A stretch of DNA of 62,336 bases, the filler included, from Basidiobolus ranarum (taxonomy: Eukaryota): NCBI GenBank assembly GCA_040143965.1. It is 10 parts of 10 records of this genome, joined end to end, with 100 filler letters (N's around TTAATTAATTAA, not from the genome) between each part and the next. Parts side by side here need not be neighbours in the genome. Positions count along the whole stretch, not along the records: positions 1 to 6,157 come from JASJQH010008269.1; positions 6,258 to 12,412 come from JASJQH010008270.1; positions 12,513 to 18,664 come from JASJQH010008271.1; 7 more parts are not named here. The stretch is one strand, 5' to 3'. Positions 1 to 13,046 of this stretch are shown piece after piece. The notes under the pieces are model-generated. The model was not told where the DNA came from and ran no database searches. It saw nothing but the letters and a program-made list of their open reading frames with translations. A program made the translations under genes and the position numbers. Every line of letters begins with the position of its first letter. Position 1 is the first letter of the stretch.

Positions 1-1173
1 CTACTTCAGTAAGACCTTCCAGATGATGAACTCCAGCATTTAACTCCAAAGGAATCGTATCTTCATTATTACATTAGTAGCTTTTTATCTTGAGGTACTC
101 GACAAATTTTTCAGTCACCGCTGTTGTAGCAGGTGTTTTACTAAGATTATTTTCAAGCTCTTGTATATAGGCAGGTTTTAGGATTTGTCGAAGCTTCCGA
201 AAGTGTCTTGCTTTCGTTTCAATTGCTCGCTGGTTTCTTATCGAAAAACAGACTTATTTCGAGGAGTACTCGTTTCATGCATACAGTATAAGAGATCACC
301 ACGACCAGGATCGATAAGCACACACTTATCTGTAGTCTTAAGGAATTCATCTTTTGACAACTTTTCAATATAAGGAACACCATCATCAACAGCCTTCATT
401 TTCCAGCAACCGCTTAAAGCGCCTCTTCTGGCTGTGCTAAAGTTTTTTTGAGTATAGACATACCGACTCCGTTTGTTTCAATGGCCACTTCGAACTTCAT
501 TGTCTTGGCATTTTGACTTTTAAGAGCTTGAAAGTTTGGATTAACGACACTACCCCAAATATCGACCTTGTTTCCAGTGAAATTCTTGTTTTTCAATATA
601 TGATAGTTCAAGATATTAGTATCTATTGTCATATAAGAAGGGATAAAGCCTTTTCGAAGTGGGAAGCAGTTAAACGATTTCATATTATTATCTTCATATA
701 TTTTTGGGAGCATATAAAATGCATAGGAAGCAAGTTGACAATATTCTTCTTTATAAGTATTTATTTTCTCTCTCGCCTGACGCACTTTGGCTGAAAGCCG
801 GGATTTGTCGGTCGATCTCTGACCCATTTGTCAACAAGAGACAAAAAGACTTCATGAAAAAATCTTTTGTTACATATTCTTTCAAGCCGAAATCATCGTC
901 TTTAGCAAACTCTTTCATAAAAATGAATTTTAAAAAGGCAAATGTGTGGGTGACAAGGTCGTTCACATTATGAGCCAACTCTTTTAGTACGGGCCTGTAT
1001 TGTTCCTTCCATTTAATGGTAGACACCGACATCTTGACAGTCCTTATTCTCTTAACGCTTGACAAAGAAAAACTCTTTTCAGCTTCCTGTAAAAGGAAAA
1101 GATATACAAGAACAAAAGGTGTGACTGTTCATGTATGTTATTTATTTACCTCTAATGTTTCTTCTCCTAACAT
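1..1173 (-). pseudogene. Fanzor1 (TnpB-like RuvC nuclease) pseudogene, 5' part, with a 63-nt intron
   Basis: Exon 1 is 1173-1150 (MLGEETLE), followed by a GT-AG intron at 1149-1087 and in-frame EAEKSFSLSSVKRIRTVK... Frameshifted blocks follow: CFPLRKGFIPSYMTIDT, FEVAIETNGVGMSILKK, KCVLIDPGRGDLLYCMHE (RuvC-I Asp at 310-312) and RNQRAIETKARHFRKLRQ. It has stops, frameshifts and probably an internal deletion. It is homologous to the copy at 19407-20660. Confidence 0.85.
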
Positions 1174-4100
1174 CGGGTAGTATAAAATTATATATGTAAG
1201 ATAAAGTGGAAAAAAATAAAAAGAGAAAGAGAAGGAAGCATGTAGGTTATTTTAAAGACAAATTAGTTTATTGATGACATGTATTTTAGAATTTAGCAGA
1301 GTGATTTGTATAAAGATCGATCAATTTATTAAGTGCATACAGTATATATATACAATTATTGATTGACTCGTGTAGCTTGAGGGTTTTCCGTAAAGCTAAT
1401 ATGCTTGCATCTCCCGGAGTTGCAAAGAAAATCAAGAAAGTAGTTCAATCGAAAGGTTTGTTTAGTTTTTCTTTCCTCATCAACTTTGCCCAAGCCATGG
1501 GGATTTGGTGTATGCTGGAAATGAGCCTGTTTGGTTAGCCGAGGCCGAGGTTTCTATCAACAGAGACAACTGGATATCCAGCTTAACTTGTAAGTGATTT
1601 CTTTGCATTCATTTTAATATCCAATCTAACCTTGATGATATATATGTAGTTCTTCAGTCCTTGTAGCCGATTGGTTAATTTATTATATAGCTCAATGTTC
1701 CATTATCTGTATCATAGTACCATTCAATTTGAGGGGTGAGGGAATACGTCATAATTCCAACTACAGCTTATATAAAGAAACAGCGCCTGCCAAAGTTGTC
1801 TTTTTAAGTAGGTATGAAGACCAACCAATATTATCGATTTCGATTTAGGGTTGAAATTGTGTTGTGTGGACTGAGTTGATAGTATAGCCGAAAACCAGAC
1901 CGAACTCCTGTGGCGTCTTGGAATACGATCTTCAATGATTTATGAAGATACTTTCTGCAAGTAAATGAATGTTAAGTTGAATTTTATAAGAGGATTGCTT
2001 TTCGGGGTTGTGTAATGACCTTCATAAACTACGTAACATTCTCTACAAATCTGAAGCTGATGCTGTTGTGAAAGGTAACACTGTTGCTTGCCGTGTTATC
2101 TATATATATTGGATTTCAATTTTATTATATGTTGCATGTCCAAAACTTGAGCGCTACCACATTTTATTTCATCCTAGGTTGATCTTTTTTAGCCCATAAT
2201 ATTTATCTCCACGGAATGAGTCGTAGTTGCTTGGATTGGAAACCAGTCTAGAGTTGTACTTGCTTGATTCACATCCCATCCCTATCCAATGATTGCATCG
2301 TTGTAGCCTTACAACCCGGGAGCAGGTCTCTTTGCTCTGGCAAGCCGTACATAGCAGTGCTCGCCAATATTTGGTATGGCGAGGTCTGTTTGACTCAGTT
2401 CTTCTCTGGGTAGCAAGTGCTGTACCGAACATATGTGAAAGGTTATAGTCTTAAGTGTCGCCTTAGCCTCTACTTCAATTTGATCCACAAGTCTGTATTC
2501 GGAGAAAAGAATGCTAAGCTGAGTATAGAATTCATTGAATGAGCTCACTACTGTTGGGATCTTCAAGTGCAATCTCTATTGCAAAATGAACAACCGGCTC
2601 AGATCAGTGCAGATCTGCAAGATAAATGAACACCGTGCTAATTGGAAGTAGATAACTAGATCACCTATCACTTCATATAATTGGTATCACTAGTATGGTC
2701 GGTTCATCAATAAATCAAGAAAGGAAATCGGGGTAAGGGACATATCCTTCTTATATACGAGATGTCTTGGCGCCACCTAAGCTCTCCCTAAATCTGGTTC
2801 TCCTCATTAAATACCCGACTTGTTGATCCATGTGGTCTGGTTCAATTTGCTTGTTGAGTCTATAATGTATACTTCCTCTGTATAATACTTGCCAACTCTG
2901 ATATATTCGTACGATCCACGGGGCCTAGCATCTGTCAGTATTGCTCCGACACTCTTATCAGAACACATTGCCTTGAATTGGATAACGGAATGGGTCAGGA
3001 GATAGCAATAAAATCCTCCATACAATTGAACGTACCAATTACTCGGATACCTTGAACTCCCTTAATTTATCTCATATTTGTACACAAGCTCTGTTTAAGC
3101 GCCATAAAGCTATATCCAATTAAGACTGCAAATTTGCGTACTCTCGTTTATCGGGTATGCCCAATACTCAATGGCGAGGCACTGCTACTGCTCCTTGACT
3201 GCATTTCAGTTTTGCTCATATTTAGGTGAATATCGTTTGTACATCAAATAAAGGATTGTTAGCGTGTCACTTATTTTGAAATCACTCAGCTAGAGAGATT
3301 AAGCGAATGAAATTCCCTGTCAATAGTGAACCCAAGTTCGCACAGTTCCATCACTTTAAGATAGAAATCAGGTAGGATGGTGCTTGGTATTGGGGATTAT
3401 TGTGATGGTCTTTATAAAATGGCAACAGAACGTCTTAACAGTTCAACTGCCTAATCAAAGTGCTTATGCAAAACCGAGTTTCGCCACAATACACTGAAAC
3501 GAATTAAAAGCCTATCCCTTGCTTATTATTATATTAGAGTAGCTCCAATTTATAGTTTACCTCAATCATACTTTTCGGTTTTGGCTCGTCCAAGTGAGCC
3601 ATTTCTTTTCACTTACTAGATTTCCTCTCGCGAAATTCTACAGTGGGTAGCTGTTTACACGGTGAAGTTGTATGAGTATGCTAGGGCTAAATGGCTGAGA
3701 GTAAATTTCATTCAATTAATGAGGCGTGTACAACCTAATGTCCTAGTAGTCTAATCTGTCTCAATCATAAAGACAGCTGTTGTGTACGAAGACTGGTCAA
3801 GTAATGGCTATCACCACCAATTTCTATAGGGATTGCTCGGACAAGTCAGTTGGCTTACTTATTGTCACTACCACCGACATATCTACAGAAGTGTGGGACA
3901 AATCGATGCTTGCAACAAAGGTATCCACATGATCACGGCTTTGTGTATGGAGTGAGTCAATTCTTCTCCCAAAGAATAATCCTCCAACCTCACACAAGAA
4001 TCGTGTACTCTTTCGGTAGATCTGCGATTTGTAAACCTACTATTAAATCAAACGATACAATCTCCGGGATGAACCGGTTACGATCATGAGACTTGGCTTT

Positions 4101-5160
4101 CATACAGGTGGAACAAAACCAAAAGTACCGAAGATCACGACGTCCTATATTCTGATCAGAGAGCTTTTTGTGTGAAGATTGATGGCGTTGAGTCCAGGGT
4201 TTCAGCTGGTATTTGTGATCATAATTGAGGACAATAATCTCAGAAGAACGTCTACAAACTGGTCTCATCTAACATCGCATTGGAGCTGGAAATAACAAGG
4301 AAACTCAGGAGACCTTGTGCTAATCCTGTCCCAGTTAGTGAAGAATGCACTTTTTTGGATAATGGAATGTCCTAGGCCAAGTATGCTTCATCTGAGAACT
4401 ACAAATCAGGCAAATCTTCAGCAACATTATAAATCAACTAAGAAGTCCTTAAGGAGAGAGCCTGCATCATCATAGCACAACCAGCTTCATTCCATTATTG
4501 GAATCCAGGTTGAGTAAGTGCTAAGTGATCTATAGAGCAGATACAGCTGATACTCTGGAATTTGGTTGAGTTCCGAACCTTAGTTGGCAAGACTTAATCC
4601 AATATGGCTCCAAGAGTGATTCAATCGTTCTTATGCAAAACCATGTTTCTTTCACGTATATTATTAGTTGTTTACCATGTCTAGAACTCAAAGACATGGG
4701 TGGATGATTTGAAATCCATTGAAACTGATAAGGATTACCCTCGTACAGTCTAGATGGATTATATAGATTTGTTTAAACAATTACATATAATGTGCCTGGC
4801 AAAAGGCTTGGTAGAGTATAAACAGGCTTGAACATTATTCAATGCTCTAAAAATATTATTGCTGGTCTTTCATCACTAATAGTACCTTTGCTGTTAAAGT
4901 TTGGTATAGGGTTGGGGTATAGATATTCTGGTAAGAAGGGCTCTGGGAAATGCTGTTCTCCTGGTGGAAAATGAAATCAGGGGGTATTGGTAGCAGTATC
5001 TTGGAAATCTGTTGCAAGTGGTTTGGAAAACTAGAGAAATTGGAGGTTTTCACTTAATGCATAAATGAGTGGAAAGTTAATATTTATAGCTTTATCAAGA
5101 GGAAAACAAATCACCAGGTAGAATGGGCTAAAGAAAGACCCAGGAATAAGTGTGCAAAGC

Positions 5161-5730
5161 TTGGGGCTTCTAGCACCAGTTTGAAATATATATATCAAGA
5201 ACTACTAAATGATAAAATATTCCAAGTAAACTCCATTCAAAAATAATGGACAATATCTTATTGGCATATAAAATAACCAAATGCTAAACTATATATGACT
5301 ACATAGTTGGTTAGACAATGCTTGTCTCAACACTCTGTCTCAACCAAATAGGCATATAAACCAATCTTATGAAAGTTCTAAATGTCTGCATTTCAACCCT
5401 GCTCATGGTCCATTTAATATACAAGCAACCATATTTTCAGTACAATAATAAGGCTACCCAATATACTTATTTGCTATAGTTGCACTAATAGAAAGAGGAC
5501 TAATATGTACATGGTTGCTTCTGGTGTAAAACATGCAATTTCAAGCTAGATTATGTTGAAATTAGCATTGCCTAAACACCTATATAGTCACATATAGCTT
5601 AGTACTTAGTTATCTTATAATTCACTAAGATATTATCAATTATTTTCAATTGGAATGTACTTAGAATATTTTTACCAACTTAGAAGTTCTCAGATATATA
5701 GATTTTTCAAACTTGTGCTAGAAGCCCCTG
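5161..5730. mobile_element. Non-autonomous DNA transposon (MITE-like) with long imperfect terminal inverted repeats, hAT-like termini
   Basis: 5161-5322 (ttggggcttctagcac...ttagacaatgct) is the imperfect reverse complement of 5564-5730 (agcattgcctaaac...gtgctagaagcccctg). No ORF; no clear TSD. Confidence 0.75.
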
Positions 5731-6059
5731 TTAGAGTTTATTGTCTTTATCATATTTGTTATCTCTATCTTTATACACCTAACTATTTCATATATCACAT
5801 TTAAGTTAGTTAACATTTCTCAGTCAAATATCAGGTAGCTAAAAATTGGAACATATATTATATATATGTGAATAATGTGAGTATTAGCAATTCCATATTG
5901 GAAATTTCAAGCTTGTCCAAATTGCCCCAAAGTTAGCTCATTTTACTCCCACAGATGTTCTGAACACAATCCTAGTGTTAGTTTTCTGTATTTCCACAAA
6001 AAAGTATAACTGCTTAATTTCTGGACAATAAACTGTTGAAATTATTTAGGGAGAAATAT

Positions 6060-6132
6060 TGGTCTGGCCAGGATTTGAACCTGGGACCTCCTTCACTCTA
6101 GCAAGATGCTCTAACCACTGAGCTACCAGTCC
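6060..6132 (-). other. tRNA-like sequence (tRNA pseudogene or tRNA-derived SINE head)
   Basis: GGACTGG TA GCTC AGTGGTTA GAGC A TCTTG CTAGAGT GAAGG AGGTC CCAGG TTCAAAT CCTGG CCAGACC A. D and T arms and A/B boxes are good. Acceptor and anticodon stems have mismatches, and the AGA anticodon lacks the long variable arm expected of tRNA-Ser. Confidence 0.7.
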
Positions 6133-6157
6133 TTATATGCTATGCCTATATTGCTAG

Positions 6158-6257
6158 NNNNNNNNNNNNNNNNNNNNNNNNNNNNNNNNNNNNNNNNNNN
6201 NTTAATTAATTAANNNNNNNNNNNNNNNNNNNNNNNNNNNNNNNNNNNNNNNNNNNN
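6158..6257. other. Artificial contig linker
   Basis: 100-nt N run with a central TTAATTAATTAA (stops in all six frames). Confidence 0.99.
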
Positions 6258-7683
6258 CAACAAGCAGCATGCCACTCAATGCACTTCATCGGATTCCTAA
6301 AAATAGAATACACTTCTCCCAGGGAGCAGGCGAATCCCTGTGCGAAGAAAAGGTAGGGCGTCGTAGTGGTTTCTCTAACCATTACACAACCATGCTACTG
6401 GACAAACAATGCGCTCACCTCTTTCCCAAATGTTGTAACTCAAGGCGACTCAGCGTATGGCTGTTAATGCAAAACTTTGTTTTGAGTTCCCAGTATGGTA
6501 GCACTTTTATCCATAAGGATTCAATTCACCTCACATCGTATACATATCATATTAATCCGATTCCATTGCAAGCATCCAAATGCCTCTTACATTACCAGTT
6601 ATTACATATATATACATATAATAGCCGCTGCGGCTATAAAATATGTCATTAAAGTATAGCACTCAAACAATAATATACAAGAATTGGAGTAAATCTGAAC
6701 AATCCTGGATGTGTTGTGATCATATTTCGAATTCAATGGTGTCACTAATGTCCTTAAATGAGCAGTGGCCAACGCTAATGCAGGGGTTCAATTAGATAGC
6801 CTCTACTTAAATCAGTTTGCAACGCTATACAAAGAATACCTCAGGAATTGCAATTGTTGGATATACTCGTTTTCATCGATAATTTAGACTAGTTCTAAGG
6901 TTGAATTTATTGCTGGGAACTGCCATTTAGCGCATGTTTTGAGGGATGTAATCAAGACTAAAACAACTTGGCCTTCTGTTGAGTAAAATTCAATCTAGCC
7001 CGCACTCCTCCCCTGTATGAATTCCATGCAGTGCCATTCTTCTGCATTTTCTCTTGTTTTACCGTGAAACCGGTTTCTCTGAAGACAAACCCCATGAAAG
7101 TACGGGAAATGATTCCTAGCGTGGAAATAAGGCCAAGTGGGTAATTTAAAAGATATATCCCAAGGTCCTCCCCCAACATTTGTAACAGTAGCCACGTTTA
7201 GACAGATGTGGATGATATTGACTTTCGGAATACAACACTCGTTAAATGCTATTTGAAAATGAATTAAACAAGTCAGTTAATCAAGGTAACCTGACCATTG
7301 ACTGCAAGTTTCATCTGTTATATTGAATATGGCGAAATTTTGGACTGGCTACTTGCTGTTTTCAGCCTTCTCATGCTTCGAAAATGGTTACAGGATTTCT
7401 TCAAAATTCTTATCATAACCGGAAAGTAGCAAGATTCTGCTTACATTCATCGGAGACACCATTCCATTCCAATTTCCATACGATACGTGGTTGGTTTATC
7501 TTTGTGTGGCTATAAAAATACCTGCCCGACACCTCATTACCTCTACATTAAATTGGAACGTTCTTGACTCAATTCTCTTGATATTATTTTTCGACTGATC
7601 GAGCCTGTCTCAGCTCAACTATCTCTACGGAATCTTTTCCTTTGCGTTTCTCTTTACATCAAACTTTATTCAGGCCTCAAAAT

Positions 7684-8667
7684 ATGAACGATATAACTAA
7701 GTTCCCCATGGAAAATGTAATTCGGTTGGTCGCTAGGTACCTCAAAGCCGAGTTGAAAAACAATGATATGTATAGCGACCCCAGCGTGACGCTATTTCAC
7801 TCGAGTATCATTCCCGACATCTCCATCAAGTCTTACATACGTCGTATTCAGAAATTCATAACTTTTGGCAATGATAGCCTTGTGGCTATATTGATATATC
7901 TCGACCGTGCCATGAAGTCTGCAAGCGACTTCTATGTGAACTCATATACAATCCATCGTTTACTGATTACTTCCATCACAGTGGCTAACAAGTTCCTCAG
8001 TGATGTCTGCTATCCAAATTCTCGTTATGCAAAGGTAAAGCCACACTTATTTTACTGCCCTCATTCCACATTTTATTGATGTTGTACTTTTTTGCTTTAG
8101 GTTGGTGGCCTCTCTTTGCACGAGATGAACAGTCTTGAACTAGAGTTTCTCTTTATGATAAACTTCGACTTGAACATTCACCCGAAAGAGTTTCTTGAAT
8201 ACACTCATCGTCTATTGAGTTACGGTACCCATGATGTTTCAAATGGGACCTCATCTACCCGGGCTCGCCAGAGACTCACTTCTATGGTAACAGTCCCTAG
8301 CCACAGAGCCACCGATACATCATCATTCTATTCCATCAAGAGAAGTCACTCGGTTCATAATGTATCTCGTTTGGATGGAACCTCAGAGCTGGACAAGCTT
8401 GTTTCTCAAGTAAAGGAGACAATATTAGCGAGACAGCCACCATCTGTGACTATGAAAGAACCAGAAATTCTTAAATCGGCCAAAGATAAGTTGAGGGCGC
8501 TGTTGTCGAATCGCAAGGCTCCTTACAACAATAACAGCCGGACTTCCATTTGTTCCGATAAATCGGAGAATCTTAGCTGCCGTTCGAAGCCAACCCAGTC
8601 AAGACCTCCCTCTTATCATTCGTCAATTATGGATAATCCCATCAGTATGGTTAGTGTGCCCATCTAG
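7684..8667 (+). CDS. Pho80/Pcl-family cyclin, 2 exons (7684-8034, 8101-8667)
   Basis: TLFHSSIIPDISIKSYIRRI, ILIYLDR, IHRLLITSITVANKFLSDVCYPNSRYAK|VGGLSLHEMNSLELEFL. GTAAAG...TTTAG intron joins in frame. Confidence 0.9.
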
Positions 8668-9650
8668 ATCACTCCCCCTAACCCGTGGGGGCCTGTAGTT
8701 GATCCACGTCAACTACCACTACTGCCAAATATAATTACAATAGAAGACAGAGTTTTGAAACGTTTCTCTGTCAGTACTGTACAGAACTAACACCCATTTG
8801 TATCATGATGTCCAAATGTTTTCTTCCTATTCTACCCTATAATCCTCATTAATGCACATATGTACACTTACTATCATGCGCACATTCATACCTCTACATA
8901 TTGCTAAATCCTCAGTGTTGATTATTCTTTTTGATACCGAGCGCTAGATACTGCCCCGTGCCTCTTTGACTCTTGAATGTATGATATCTTTCAATGGCAA
9001 CACAAAATACACTTCGTAAATGAATAATAAACCAAGATAATAACCTACTCGGAGCATGGTAAATCCATATCCCGTCGTCAACATTGATTTCACCGATTAG
9101 TCATTGATGAAAGAGAAGCTCATCAACCTCTGCTCTGATGGATATTGCTTAAGGCCGAATTACCTAGCAATCTACTGTCTCATGACGAATTGACAGGTCA
9201 CGGAAGTACGAATTTCCCGGTCACATTGACCTAATCCAAGTCACTAAATTGGCAAATAGTGAGGCAATGGTTGAGGGGAAATCTTGGTAACAAGTAATAT
9301 CGTTTTGGAACAATTCACCTTTGTAGGTTTCATAATGGATGCTCGTTTCGAATACCTACAACTTCTCCTTGATCCCTCATTCGTCATATTATTAGTCTAT
9401 TATGGGGAATTTTATCTTATCTCACTGATTTCTGAATTTTCGGAAACTACACGATTGTAATTATCACTTCGTTTGTGCCCGACCACATCTTCCTATAAGT
9501 TCGACCCAGTAGACTCTTTTTCTCGGTAGAAAACGACAACTCTTCGGTGGGTTAATCTTGCTTCAAAATTTCATTCAATACTCTTATTTCAGAGCAAAAA
9601 CTATTTCAGTTCAGTCCATTTCCTTTCCTTTCCACTTTTCAGGAAACGTT

Positions 9651-12346
9651 ATGCTGACCACTTCAGGTAAGATATTTCGTTCTTGAGGGAACTATCCCAA
9701 GAAAAAAAGAGGACTAATGAAGGCTGTTTTATTGCCTTTACTTTTAGAAAATATCGAAGATATTTCAGAAAAAGTGGATCTAGTCACCACACAAATTGAT
9801 CCCTCCTCGAATATCTTCATTCCAACCACAAATGGTCTTCACTTGACTGAAACGGAGTTAGACTTGATAAAAAAAGATTTACTTCACCGACAGATTCACG
9901 AAGAAATGTTATCGTTAAGAAAATCCATGTCTATCGTACCGTTATTCTTGGACACAAGTCTATTTCAACCACCACCTAAACCAGTGGACACCAATTTCTT
10001 TCGTATTACTTCTTTATTTCGTTCCAATCCACCCACACCTGCCCTTACTCCTGAGCCTTCCACCACCGCGAACTCTTCTAAATCGAGTTTTCTCTCTATC
10101 TCGGATACAAGCATACAAACACCATTGTTGCAATACGCATTCAATAATTTCGTCTGGAATTTCCCATTCTTGGAAAGGGCTGATCAGAGTATTTGGTATA
10201 AAATTCAAGAGTTTCTAAACGCCTTTGGTCGATTAAGATTTGGCACTTATGCTATTAGTGAAGAAGAACTAAGTAAACGTGAAAGGATATCCATGAGAAT
10301 TGAGAGTCTTTTGACTATCCTATTCAATACCGGTATCAGTACCCATAAGAAAATCAAAGATCAACCAGTACATCACAAAGATATCAAAATCCTCCCACGA
10401 AAACCCAGTAGAATTCAAAAGCCTCAATCGACTCTTGTCCAGGTGGAGATAGTAACAGTGAGGAGGGTGGTTGAGCATGGGTATCTTCGAGAGAAGGAGC
10501 ATTCGGTAATGTAAAGCGCATTTGTCGTTTCATCGCCCATATTCTTAACTTGATATATATCAATAGGAGTTCATATTGAAATCACACTATATGGTATCCG
10601 ATGAATCTCTCTATGTCAGTAGAAGATACTCCCGAGTTAAGAAATTCTATGAGAAGGTAGATCGTCAAGATATTTCTATTCGTATTTTCTCAAGTCAGTC
10701 ATATTTACCGGAAAATTGCCGCAGATTAGTAAAGAGTTCCCAGGATTGGACTTGCCTGGTCCACCACATCGGTTTAAAGCCCAGTCGGATGCTGCCCTAT
10801 ATTGTGAGAAAGATCGATTGGCTTTGCAAGCGTATTTGAGGAGATTACTACGTAACCAAGTCGTCGCTTCGAGTCCAACCACAAGGATGTTTCTTACTGA
10901 TTCACCTACTGATCTAACTCCTGAAGATATTCAAGATACTGAGGTGCGAAGGAGATCTGTACAAGCTAGAGCTGAGGAGCATGCGAAATTTTTGAAATTA
11001 GCAGAGCAACAGGCAGAAGAACTTAGGGAAATAACCGACTCATTCGTCCAGGAAATTTCGGAGCCAGGTAGGTGAAATTGTGATGGTTTACATATAATGT
11101 ATACTAGTATCATTGCACTAAGCACTAAATAATCGCGTAGGTGGTCTTAACAAGTTAGCCCAAGCTTTAGAGGCGATATCTGAGGTCGATAAACTGCCGA
11201 TCTCGTATCGAAAAATGATTGAGTTGGCTAGAATTAAGTAAGTGATTTTATCTTCTCTTGGAATATATCTAGTCTTGGTGGTTAATGTGCATATTACACC
11301 GATCTCTATAGTCTTGCCTCTACTCTGTATCGGATATTCTGTGCGGAAGAAACTGCGGTTATTCATTTCCAACAATTGCGACAAGCCCATGGAATGATTC
11401 CTTATCGTGCCCTAAAGGGGATTTTGATGATATCCAATCCTACGACCATGATGAAAGCAGTATTGGATCTGTTCTTAGCACAACCATTCGGTCAGCCTAG
11501 TATCCTTCAGCGGTAAGATTGTGAAGAATATGTTTGATTGATATGCTATTAAGACTATATATTCGCTTAGTGTGGTTAGCTCTAATCTGAGCGATTCGTT
11601 GAAAAAGAAAAAGAAAGCCATCGAAGAGTTGAGAGTGATGATTAAAGATGAACATTTGTGTGACCGCGTACATAACTATGTATACTCTTCAGAAGAGCAG
11701 TGTTACGACGATGATGTAGGTATGTAGCATTTGAATTTACTTGACTTATAACGAACAAGGTTTAATCAAACGTCCTTAGGAACGTCCAATTTGGACAAGC
11801 TCCTACGTGTCATCCGGGATGGTAACGACAATTCAACGGAAGTTAGCTCGATAACGTTAATGAAATTGTGGAGTGCTAAAAAGCACTTGGATGTTACTAA
11901 CCGCTCCAAAGAACTCCTGGAAGCTACCGATTCTCTGGAAGGGTTTAACGAGTCCGAAATTATGCTGAAGAACTTGCATAAGTTTATGTTCCTAAGTACA
12001 CAAGTTAGAAATACCGAACTTACTATGGATCTAATATTTGAAGTCAGTAATTGGGAATATCTACACCCTCACTCACTCTCTCTCTTTCTTTGTCTTTCTC
12101 TCTAACCTCAATCCCTTGTATTTAGGGTATTACTGGAGAACTCTTAAAAGATATTCTCTCTGTCTTCTATCAACCATTAGCACAAATCTACAAGGTAAGT
12201 AAGTCATCTTGTCGCTTACACTCGATGAAAGTGATATTAAATCGAAGAAATACCTAGGACGCAAATATCAGTGATTTTGTTATAGATGGACGCAACTTTA
12301 TCGATAAACTAATCAAAGTAGTTGAGGCTAATGATATCGAACGAGG
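9651..12346 (+). CDS. PX-domain protein with PX-associated domains (YPR097W/Lec1-like), multi-exon, 3' truncated by contig end
   Basis: Exon 1 ATGCTGACCACTTCAG|GTAAGA; PLLQYAFNNFVWNFPFL; PX motifs VSRRYSRVKKF, EFPGLDLPGPP and EKDRLALQAYLRRLL; several GT-AG introns. Confidence 0.8.
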
Positions 12347-12412
12347 TGAATTGAATTTCCTAGACAAGTTAGTAAGAAACTTAAAGATAACGAGGAATTG
12401 GCGTATATCGTA

Positions 12413-12512
12413 NNNNNNNNNNNNNNNNNNNNNNNNNNNNNNNNNNNNNNNNNNNNTTAATTAATTAANNNNNNNNNNNNNNNNNNNNNNNNNNNNNNNN
12501 NNNNNNNNNNNN
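12413..12512. other. Artificial contig linker
   Basis: N run with central TTAATTAATTAA. Confidence 0.99.
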
Positions 12513-13046
12513 CGTGGGCGTATACTAATTTCAATCGTAGAAAGCTATTCGAAAATGGGAACTAAAATAAAGAAGGGTTACTATTCCTCATTGGTGATTT
12601 TTTTCGCCTAAATCGTAGATACACTGATGTCTCAGTGAATATGATCGGTTGCTAGTTAAAAAGCTGTCACATTTGTCCAAGTAACGTTTGAAGTAGAACT
12701 AAGGGGTTTGTGTTTACACTTGTATGTTACAGGAATGGTTGCAGGGATGGTTGCATTGTATATATATCACCAATTAAAAAAGGAAAGAGGTAGATCCGAT
12801 CCAGACCAATTGGGGTAGTTTGCAAGCTTTGATAGATCCCCAGCCTTCTATTTTGCGGGGGAAGGGCTATTGTATTTCGTTACTTAGGAATTCAACGCTT
12901 GAGTCCCACACATACGGAATAGCGGCCAACTACATTTCTTTCGTGCCCTCCATTTAGGTTAAACGCTTCGATCGACCTTGGAATGTATCCTTTTGTGGAA
13001 AAGTAAGCGGTATTTGTAATGCTCCCTTCACTTCAAGATGTATTTA

